IMG/VR virus record: IMGVR_UViG_3300028591_000109
Span: 64,001 to 128,000 of that record
DNA: 64,000 nucleotides
From: a virus
Taxonomy: Duplodnaviria > Caudoviricetes
Direction: 5' to 3' (one strand)
In this document: in pieces, positions 57,301 to 64,000 of the stretch
How the letters are laid out: each line of letters opens with the position of its first letter
Position numbering within the stretch: the stretch's first letter is position 1
Notes under the pieces: model-generated
Told to the model about the DNA's origin: nothing
The model's database searches: none
The model's input: the letters and a program-made list of their open reading frames with translations, nothing else
Made by a program: the position numbers and the translations under genes

Positions 57301-59480
57301 CGACCCCGCTCGTCGCGGCGATACTTCATCATCTTGGGACAGCTGTTCTGCAGTGCATGCACCAGCAGATCCATACCGTCGAGCGACTGGCTCGCCTCAC
57401 TACTCACGGCATACTGCGTATATATTTTCTCGTTGCCACGGTCACTGGCACAGGCATACTGATCCAGGTTGCGATCGTACTTCACCGTCACTTCCACCTT
57501 TGCACCGTAGTCATTGCCAGCCATCGAAAAGAACTCCGAGGCAAAGTCCTCGTAGATTTTGCAGTCCACCCATCGCTCACCCAGGTTGAAGTCCAGGTCA
57601 TCGAAGGGGATAGGCTCAGGGACGGCGGCCTGCAGGGCTTGAAGTGAAGAGTGAATAGTGAAGAGTGAAGAATTTGCTGCCGCCGTCAGGTTGCCGCTTC
57701 GTCCGTCCTGTCCCGTATGCTGCGATAGTGTCGCAGCCTCCGGGTACTTCTGCAGGATAGCATCAATCTTCTCAATCACATTCCCTGAGATGAACCTCGC
57801 CTTAATCTCCCACTCCTCACTCAGGGGATTATAGTATATCTCCCCGTCCAGCTCGTCGCATATCTCTTCCTCACTCTTGCCAGTCAGCGCAGCCATATAC
57901 CTCACATCGGGCTTGCCATAGTCATTCAGGCTCTGCGCCAGCGCCTCGTGACTGTCCGTCACGCTGTGCATCTCGTCGGTCGAGAACGCCACCGGCCTGT
58001 CGAAGATGTCGGCCTTGCGCCACTTGCCATCCTCCAGAATCTCCAGCGTCAGCAGTTCCTTGTTGATAGCCTTGGCCATCTTCCTGTTCGGCTCCTGGTT
58101 CAGCGGGCCCCACTCCAGACGGTATTCATCATACAGGCGGTTCAGCTCCTTGCGCATCTCCGTGCCCTCCTGCATCTCCTTGGCCTCGTAGTCATACAGG
58201 CGGCGGTAACAGTCGAACATGTCAGCCATCTGTTGCTCCTTCTTCGGGTCAAACGACGAGCGCCCGCTCTTGCGCTCCTGCTTTGCACCCTTCCCGCCGT
58301 CAGTGTGCTCGGCGGTTTTGCCGCCGAGTTCCGCGTCGAGCTTCTCCGCCAGGTCCTTGCTCAGCACCTCGCCCAGCTGCTGTGCAATCCCCTGCACACC
58401 GTCGCGGTGCTTATACACAAACGCCCGCTTTCCATAGGCATCCGTATCAACCGTCCACGCCGTGGCAATCACCCGCTCCGGCCACATGTCGAAGTACATA
58501 TTCGTCGGGCATCCCTCATCTTCATACTGCGTCAGCAGCATCGTCTCTTCCTCTGTCAGCTCGCCTCGCTTCGAGTCCTTCTGCATCACTAAGAGGTCGG
58601 TGCCCACCTCCGTGCCGCTCTCCTTAAAGAGATTGTTCGCCAACCGATACGCCCCGATGAGCCGTGCCTGCTTCAGTGCCTCGCCCAACTGTTCACCGTC
58701 ACGGTTCAGGTAGTTGCTCGTGATGATATAAGCAAGCACCCCACCCTCTCGCAGGCAGTCCAGCCCCTTCAACACATAGTAGCGGTGAATCATGCGGGCA
58801 GCATCCCTGCGCACCTGACTCTTCGAGTTCGTATAGTCCGGATCAAACACGCGGATATCGCCGAAGGGAACATTCGTAGCCACCAGGTCATACATACCCA
58901 GCTCAGATGCCGGGATAGTCTCGAAGCCGTCACAGTAAACAGCGGTTCGTCTGTTGATTGTGGTCAGCGTCATCTTCGCCTTCAGCAACGTCGCCGTCAG
59001 TATATCCTTCTCGAAGCAGGTAGCATGATACTTTTTGTAGTCGCGATGATTGGTAAGATAATAGTTCGCCATATCAGTAAACACGCCCCCACCGGCCGCA
59101 GGGTCAAGGAAATTGCGATAGGCTATTCCGCCAAGCCCACATTCAAACATCGAATGATGTTCAATAGCCTTGAAGATGGCTTCCACCACCTCCCGTGGCG
59201 TATAATAAGCCGTCAGCGTGCTTGCCTTCAGGCTCTTCACCCATGCCTCGTAATCCCGCTCGCTGCTGCTATACTCCTTTAAGATGTTGTGCAGCTTTAC
59301 TGTCAGTTCGTAGTACTGCAAGTCGCTCTTGCTCCATACGCTCTTCTCCAGCGGGTTCAGCACGAATGTCATCCCCCCGAAGCCCGTGTACTTGCTCAGC
59401 GTCTCTGCGTCATACTTGGTAGCACTCAGTGCGTGCCATATTGCCTCAATGTTGTCTATCAGTCGTTGTAATTTGCTCAT
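54390..59480 (-). CDS. N6-adenine methyltransferase-SNF2 helicase fusion (DarB-like)
   Basis: LDPAAGGG (motif I), NVPFG (motif IV), HEVGSGKT, DESHQFKN, LSGTTITNS and QRDGRAVR. Confidence 0.9.
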   Translation of the reverse strand: MSKLQRLIDNIEAIWHALSATKYDAETLSKYTGFGGMTFVLNPLEKSVWSKSDLQYYELTVKLHNILKEYSSSERDYEAWVKSLKASTLTAYYTPREVVEAIFKAIEHHSMFECGLGGIAYRNFLDPAAGGGVFTDMANYYLTNHRDYKKYHATCFEKDILTATLLKAKMTLTTINRRTAVYCDGFETIPASELGMYDLVATNVPFGDIRVFDPDYTNSKSQVRRDAARMIHRYYVLKGLDCLREGGVLAYIITSNYLNRDGEQLGEALKQARLIGAYRLANNLFKESGTEVGTDLLVMQKDSKRGELTEEETMLLTQYEDEGCPTNMYFDMWPERVIATAWTVDTDAYGKRAFVYKHRDGVQGIAQQLGEVLSKDLAEKLDAELGGKTAEHTDGGKGAKQERKSGRSSFDPKKEQQMADMFDCYRRLYDYEAKEMQEGTEMRKELNRLYDEYRLEWGPLNQEPNRKMAKAINKELLTLEILEDGKWRKADIFDRPVAFSTDEMHSVTDSHEALAQSLNDYGKPDVRYMAALTGKSEEEICDELDGEIYYNPLSEEWEIKARFISGNVIEKIDAILQKYPEAATLSQHTGQDGRSGNLTAAANSSLFTIHSSLQALQAAVPEPIPFDDLDFNLGERWVDCKIYEDFASEFFSMAGNDYGAKVEVTVKYDRNLDQYACASDRGNEKIYTQYAVSSEASQSLDGMDLLVHALQNSCPKMMKYRRDERGRKIKTASGKSYEKDEDPEATQKANTLIEEIRQGYQDWLLRQPKALRDGLTDKYNRLFNCHVKPQFDGSHQRFPGIDWQGLEAKYGIPQPVYKDGKKVSGGLYKSQEDCIWMLTMNGGGICDHEVGSGKTLIMCLAAHEMKRLGFCHKPMIIGLKANVAAIAETYMTAYPKARVLYAKHADYSGKERENFFNRMKNNDWDVVIMSHDQFGFIPQSDEVQADVIREELNHLNESLSALYGSWDSVSSRLKRGLEKKKANLQSKLQDLQYSIRKRTDDVVDFKMMGIDHIFIDESHQFKNLGFTTRHDRVAGLGNTDGSKRAYNLLMAIRTIQQRTGRDLGATFLSGTTITNSLTELYSLFRYLRPQAMAKQGITCFDAWAAIFTRKTQEYEFGLTNQIVLKERFRYFIKVPELAQFYNEITDYRTAKDVGIERPDKYARLMHIEPTPDQAEFIHTLMKFAETGDFSLIGIDNPTKQQEMAKMLYATDLARKMSLDMRLIDPSYGDHPRSKASMCAKMVAQYYHKFEDVKGTQMIFSDLSTWQNDGKFNIYEEIKRKLVEDYGIPASEIRFIQEARCDTKKKKLIHEVNDGDVRILFGSTSMLGTGVNAQERVVAVHHLDTPWRPADLEQRDGRAVRKGNVIARDYGDNKVDVIIYAVKRSLDAYKFNLLHCKQTFIQQLKQGQLGKRTLDEGSMDEKGNMNFAEYMAILSGNTDLLERAKLDKKIAALEVERKNFHRDQRQAEERRDRLQKDVERLKQDVSDAQADQQQYERKRLTRYEDGTVLNALTLDGFSVPDGFAVGSPDYEKAIGERLWRIEQTARTQGVRLKIGSLYGFDLLVKTNEQIFRDIDGNESMEYTNLFSLQGNRILHTMNNGKLSHVSPRRAAEYGLRCLQELPRRIADWQRWIADNNVTIRQLDELLKQTWPKEDELRQAKADLAKLDRKINAEMNGKQSGGSEGNASESDGGLKQAA
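57641..57740. repeat. In-frame composite repeat insertion (REP palindrome plus heptamer element)
   Basis: Encodes EAATLSQHTGQDGRSGNLTAAANSSLFTIHSSL; both halves match intergenic repeats elsewhere in the window. Confidence 0.85.
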
Positions 59481-59484
59481 ATCT

Positions 59485-59718
59485 TTATGCCTCCTTGATT
59501 TTAATGAATGAATTATAGTTCAGCAGCATCCTCACTACTTCCTCCAGCGTGTCGAGCGGAAGGAACTGCGTCCAATACGTAGGCCGCCCCTCTTCGTCCT
59601 TGGTTACTACCGCATACTTGTTGCCGCATCTGACATCTGCCGCCTCGGTTTCAGCTTTTGGATTGAATTGTTTTACCCAGCCGTCAATCCTTGCCAGCTG
59701 CTCTTTCTTCTTGCTCAT
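59485..59718 (-). CDS. Hypothetical protein
   Basis: 77 aa, immediately upstream of the helicase gene. Confidence 0.5.
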   Translation of the reverse strand: MSKKKEQLARIDGWVKQFNPKAETEAADVRCGNKYAVVTKDEEGRPTYWTQFLPLDTLEEVVRMLLNYNSFIKIKEA

Positions 59719-59811
59719 AATCTTGTTTCTTTTGATTTTGTCTGTTGTCAATTTCTAATCATTCAGAGATACTTCTGAACAGTGTCTTCTGTTCCATAGT
59801 CTCAATTCGTT

Positions 59812-60183
59812 TTAATTGTTAATCACTTTCACCTTCATGCCCTTCTTTTGCAGGGAGTCGTTGATTAGGTCTGTCACATTCTGCTTGTCGCCGAGGGCAG
59901 AAAGCACCAGTCCGCAGTCCTTTATCAGTGCGTTGACGACACCCGCTATATAGCAGGGGAAGTTGGTATAGGCATCTTTGCGGAATTTCTTCATCAGCGT
60001 TTCCACCGTGTACGTTCCATGCAGTTCGCCGGCATCGTCGGCGTGTCTCAGCGTGACCTTATAGAGCCATCGCCCCTTGCTGTCGCCGAGCCACTTGATG
60101 CGCTCACACCATTTCACACAATACAGATTGCCGAACATCATCATCTGTTCGGATGTTGCCTTCACTTTAATGTCACTCTCCAT
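59812..60183 (-). CDS. Hypothetical protein
   Basis: 123 aa. Confidence 0.55.
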   Translation of the reverse strand: MESDIKVKATSEQMMMFGNLYCVKWCERIKWLGDSKGRWLYKVTLRHADDAGELHGTYTVETLMKKFRKDAYTNFPCYIAGVVNALIKDCGLVLSALGDKQNVTDLINDSLQKKGMKVKVINN

Positions 60184-60198
60184 AGTCTCAATTCGTTT

Positions 60199-60834
60199 TT
60201 AGATGTCGTCAAATGTCACGTTCTCAATGTCCGTCTGGTCAACCTCCATGTAGTCGCACCATCCGTCGCCGGCCTCGATTCCCTCGATGAACGCCTTGCG
60301 CTCGGCCTCGGTGTCGAACTCTCGTATCACGATACTGCCGTCACCGTCGCGGCACACCTCATGCAATCCCTCGAAGTCCTGCTCGTCGTAGCGACGGGTA
60401 GCACGGGAACCGAACACCACGGCGCACTTGAATTTCTGCGGTTCTTCACCGATGTCGAGCAGTTCCTCCAGTTTCTCCCAGACGAACATCCTGGTAGCCC
60501 ATACGGTGTCGTCCTCCCACGCCCAGTCGTAGCCAAGTTCGTTGCTGTGACCCTCGAACTTAAAGCGGTCGCCCACCAGCGTCACCTTGTCAATGCGGTA
60601 GTCATTCATGTTGTACTTCCCGATAAACACCACATACGGTGCCTCCTGGTCTTTGTAGTCGATATAGGCGTCGTCATCGTCCTCTTTCTCTTCCGGCTCA
60701 CACTCCTCTTGCTTGCACCATTCGCTGTACGGGAGGATGGTTGCCAACTCAGTAATACCACGCTCCTGCATGGTCTTGATAATTCTCTCGCGGCTCTCTC
60801 TGACAATGCCGTAAATATCTGAAATCTTTTTCAT
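60199..60834 (-). CDS. Acidic hypothetical protein
   Basis: 211 aa; C-terminal FDTEAERKAFIEG...DGW motif. Confidence 0.6.
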   Translation of the reverse strand: MKKISDIYGIVRESRERIIKTMQERGITELATILPYSEWCKQEECEPEEKEDDDDAYIDYKDQEAPYVVFIGKYNMNDYRIDKVTLVGDRFKFEGHSNELGYDWAWEDDTVWATRMFVWEKLEELLDIGEEPQKFKCAVVFGSRATRRYDEQDFEGLHEVCRDGDGSIVIREFDTEAERKAFIEGIEAGDGWCDYMEVDQTDIENVTFDDI

Positions 60835-60897
60835 ACTCGCTTGAATAATTTTAATTAAATTTTTGGATAATTTCTCGGCGCGAAGCGACGACCCCAA

Positions 60898-62298
60898 TCA
60901 GGCCGCCTGCTTCACTTTCTTCTTAGTAGTCGCCTTCACATAGCTCGTCCGCTCGAACACATAGCGGACTGCCGTGCCGATATGCACCCGTCGTGTGCCG
61001 TCGGGCTGCATGGTCGAGCGGCATAGCGTAGCGTCCTCGTCGCCGACACTCACACCCACCATCAGGTGCAGCATCGTCCAGTCGTCGTCCGAGACCGTCA
61101 CCTCGTCGTCGATACCGCCCTGACAGAAGGCATCCACCACACCGCCCAACTGCTGCAAGATACGCGCCTTGGTCAGCACGTTCATCTTGCGCGTCCTGCT
61201 CTCGAAGAGCACCTTGCCGAAGCGCTCCGTCCACGGGGTAGAAAACGTATCGCTGTCATAGCAGGGGTCAAACAGCCGTTCCACGTCCGTCACCTCCTGC
61301 ACCGTCGGGCCGTCCTCCCACGTCAGCTCATAAAACTGATACTTGCCGTAGCTGCTCTTAGTGCTCTTCACCGTGAACGTCACCCCCGGGAACTTCGCCT
61401 TCAGCACCGCCTTCAGGTTGCTCACGGCCACCGTCTGCTGCTCCGCGTCGGTCAGTCCCCGGCTGATAGTGATCAGCTTCCCCTGCCACTCGTCTATCAG
61501 CGGCCTTTGCTCCGCCTCTATCTTCGCCTTGCGCTCCGCCTCGATGCGCTCAGCCTCCCGCTGTTCACGTTCAATGCCAGCCTGAATACGGTGCAGATGA
61601 TCGCTGAACATCGTCTCGTAGTCGCAGGGAAGGTAGAAGTCAGTAATCAGTTGGTCGCCGCGAGGGTTACCAAAGATGCAGTAATGTTCCGACCTGAACA
61701 TCACCACCTTCGCCACGCGCTTTGCCTTGCGGATGCCGTTGGCGGGATCGGCCTGCTGGATTGTTTCCCAGCCTCCATAGATATCGCCGTCAGTAGCATA
61801 GCTGAGGTACGTCTCCATCATCATGGCATCGTCGATGTCGAAGACAGCTTCTATCTTCACCACGGTCTCGTCCTTAACACCCTGCCTCAGAACCATGCGC
61901 AGCACATCATTCAGGCATCCCTCTTCGGGTGAGAAGGCCTTCATCCACTCTACAGCTTTGGCATACACATAGTCGCCCGCCTTCAGTTCGCCCGGTCGCT
62001 TCTGCTTGTTGCGCCGTGCCTGCTCCAGCACCTCGGCCAGCCGGTTACGTTCGCGCTCCTTGCGCTCCCGTTCCTCACGCTCACGGCGCTCCCGTTCTCT
62101 CCGCTCGCGCCCTCTTGCCGATTTGGTATAGTCGCCGTTCAGTTCCGCCTTGCGTTCCTCATACTGCTGCTGCATCTCCTGGAACTTAGCCGTAGCCTCC
62201 GGGTCGTTAGGGTTCCTGTCCGGGTGCATCTTTATTACAAGCCGCCGGTGCTCCTGCTCCAGCTGCTCGTGGTTCATACAGTTTGCAAAATATTCCAT
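60898..62298 (-). CDS. J-domain (DnaJ) protein with LPD29-like polyvalent-protein domain
   Basis: HRRLVIKMHPDRNP...KFQEMQQQYE J-domain; NLKAVLKAKFPGVTFTVKS...WEDGPT. Confidence 0.75.
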   Translation of the reverse strand: MEYFANCMNHEQLEQEHRRLVIKMHPDRNPNDPEATAKFQEMQQQYEERKAELNGDYTKSARGRERRERERREREERERKERERNRLAEVLEQARRNKQKRPGELKAGDYVYAKAVEWMKAFSPEEGCLNDVLRMVLRQGVKDETVVKIEAVFDIDDAMMMETYLSYATDGDIYGGWETIQQADPANGIRKAKRVAKVVMFRSEHYCIFGNPRGDQLITDFYLPCDYETMFSDHLHRIQAGIEREQREAERIEAERKAKIEAEQRPLIDEWQGKLITISRGLTDAEQQTVAVSNLKAVLKAKFPGVTFTVKSTKSSYGKYQFYELTWEDGPTVQEVTDVERLFDPCYDSDTFSTPWTERFGKVLFESRTRKMNVLTKARILQQLGGVVDAFCQGGIDDEVTVSDDDWTMLHLMVGVSVGDEDATLCRSTMQPDGTRRVHIGTAVRYVFERTSYVKATTKKKVKQAA

Positions 62299-62340
62299 AG
62301 TCGAAATGTTCAATGTTCAATCTTCAATGTTCAATCTCTC

Positions 62341-63735
62341 TCACGCCGCTGCCCGATAGTGTTTCAGCAGCGCCTCTCGCAGTCTTTCGGCAAACGTCGG
62401 CTCCGCCTGTTCCGTGTGCTGCGGTATCTCCGCAGCCCTCGCCTGCTTAGCCGCCTCCGTCCGTGCCCTCACTGCCGTACCCATCAGGTCGCGTATCTCA
62501 GCGTCGCAGCCCAGCAGCTGATACACCTCGGCAAGTATCTCGGCCTTCGTCTTCACGCTGCCGGTAAACATATCCATCTGACCGCTGGCCGAAGCCTGTG
62601 CATGGTGGTTATAGATGGCCAGCACCTTCTTCAGCCGTGTCGAGCGCTTATCGTTCAGCAGGTCACTAATCAGCAGCATCGCCCCGTCGGTCATGTCGGC
62701 CACGGTCTGCTCGTCGCCGAACATCGTCATCTGGCGGGCAAAGCCACTCACGCGGTCGCCCTCATGGTAGCCGCCCGTCCTGCGGCTGACATACACCAGC
62801 CGGATAGCCTTTGCCATCTCCTGCTCCAGCGAATAGTCAGGACCCAGACAGATGCTGTTCACCACCTCGGCCAGCGCCGTGATGATAATCTTGCGCATAG
62901 AGCGTACAGAGGTCGTCTGCCTTACAGCATCGGGATTCCGCTCGAAAGCCTTACCGATAAGCAGGTTCTCTATCACCTCCTGACCGGCATCGCTCAGCCG
63001 GTCGCCGTCCGTCATCTCGGCCATCTGCACCTGACTGAGCACGCCCTCCGTCACCATGTCCTTTACCACGTCGAGCGCAGCCCTCGCGTCGCCGTAGAAC
63101 TCGCCCAGCGTGTCATACTGGTTGATGGTGCGGCACACCCTGTGGAACAGCTCGTCAGTCACCAGCTTGCCCATCTTCACCGCCTGCTCCGTCTTACTCA
63201 TCGACTTCATCTCCTGAGCATTGAAGCGGGCAAAGGTCTCTGTGGTATAGGGCGGTGTCTGGAACACCTCGAACACCACGCGGGGGTGGCGCATCGTCTT
63301 TACCCATGCCATCGTGAACCCGAACTGCTCCGGGTACTTGCAGAGATAGTCCACATAGTCGGTGTCCGTGCCCCACTGTGCGGCCAGGTCGCCTGCCATC
63401 GTGCGTCCGTTACCGCTGAGCACGATGCCGTCCCGTGTCACCACCACCGCCGTCTGCAGCGCCCGCTGGTCGTAGTGCTCGGCTATACGCTCCGTCACCT
63501 GCTGCGCCTCACGGTCGTGCTCATAGTCGCGGTCGTTCACCGTCTGACCGTTCTGGTCGGTGGGAAATCCCTCACTCTTCTGCCAGCCCCTGAAGGGGTC
63601 GTGGCTCGCCGTAGCACTGCCCGCCTCTATCAGCTTATAGGCACCACGGATGCGTGTACCGTCGGCCAGCGTCAGCTCATTCGTCAGTCCGTTGTAGCCG
63701 AAGCCCCGCTTGTAGCGTTCTGTAATCTGTTTCAT
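62341..63735 (-). CDS. DdrB-like ParB-domain protein
   Basis: ASHDP, NDRDY and DGIVLSGNGRTMA motifs. Confidence 0.7.
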   Translation of the reverse strand: MKQITERYKRGFGYNGLTNELTLADGTRIRGAYKLIEAGSATASHDPFRGWQKSEGFPTDQNGQTVNDRDYEHDREAQQVTERIAEHYDQRALQTAVVVTRDGIVLSGNGRTMAGDLAAQWGTDTDYVDYLCKYPEQFGFTMAWVKTMRHPRVVFEVFQTPPYTTETFARFNAQEMKSMSKTEQAVKMGKLVTDELFHRVCRTINQYDTLGEFYGDARAALDVVKDMVTEGVLSQVQMAEMTDGDRLSDAGQEVIENLLIGKAFERNPDAVRQTTSVRSMRKIIITALAEVVNSICLGPDYSLEQEMAKAIRLVYVSRRTGGYHEGDRVSGFARQMTMFGDEQTVADMTDGAMLLISDLLNDKRSTRLKKVLAIYNHHAQASASGQMDMFTGSVKTKAEILAEVYQLLGCDAEIRDLMGTAVRARTEAAKQARAAEIPQHTEQAEPTFAERLREALLKHYRAAA

Positions 63736-63738
63736 AGT

Positions 63739-63972
63739 TCACTGCTTATTAGTCGTTCTACGTTTACGTTTCAACATCGACACATCGAAGAGCACCGCCC
63801 TCCGCTTGTCCGAGAGAGTAGCCTGCCTGGCAGGCACAGCATCCTCGTGCCGCCGCCATGCCATCACCAGCAACCCTCCGAAAAGGTCGCGGGCAAAGCA
63901 CAGCCACGGCTCATCCTTCAGCACCACCATCTGTCCGTGCCGCAGACATCGCATGATAGTCCGTGATGTCAT
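63739..63972 (-). CDS. Hypothetical protein
   Basis: 77 aa, AACTATG leader, co-oriented with neighbours. Confidence 0.45.
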   Translation of the reverse strand: MTSRTIMRCLRHGQMVVLKDEPWLCFARDLFGGLLVMAWRRHEDAVPARQATLSDKRRAVLFDVSMLKRKRRTTNKQ

Positions 63973-64000
63973 AGTTGTATATCTTTTAGTTTAAAGTTTC

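Overview
A 64-kb fragment of a large tailed dsDNA phage or prophage with a Bacteroidales (Prevotella-like) host. The host inference rests on TAnnTTTG promoters, SD-less A-rich leaders, Mfa/Fim-type lipoproteins and 7-mer repeats. Layout: 3' part of the tape-measure gene, head genes and a probable tail tube (+, 1-11.8 kb); a minus-strand block with a six-gene operon of unknown function and the tail/receptor-binding genes (11.8-28 kb); more + strand tail genes and holin-like genes (28-33.5 kb); a repressor/Cro-like switch, primase-helicase, phage IF-1 and a DEDD exonuclease (33.7-43.4 kb); and a long minus-strand accessory arm with two GxxExxY/fimbrillin pairs, many small ORFs, a DarB-like methylase-helicase, a J-domain protein and a DdrB-like ParB protein (43.5-64 kb). 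Four signals stand out. (1) Thirteen covarying AATTTC+mini-hairpin elements cluster around two GxxExxY nuclease genes, each gene flanked by direct repeats, suggesting an undescribed REP/REPIN-like mobile system. (2) A two-target diversity-generating retroelement has variable regions with the AAY-codon mutagenesis signature, but its TR and most of its RT appear deleted, leaving an accessory-RT fusion ORF. (3) A phage-specific promoter-like motif, YGCCCTTGA-N20-ATMWT, occurs nine times with invariant spacing. (4) Several short repeat families are inserted in frame into core phage proteins. No terminase, portal, integrase, endolysin, tRNA or CRISPR array was recognised. All family assignments are by eye; no database search was run.
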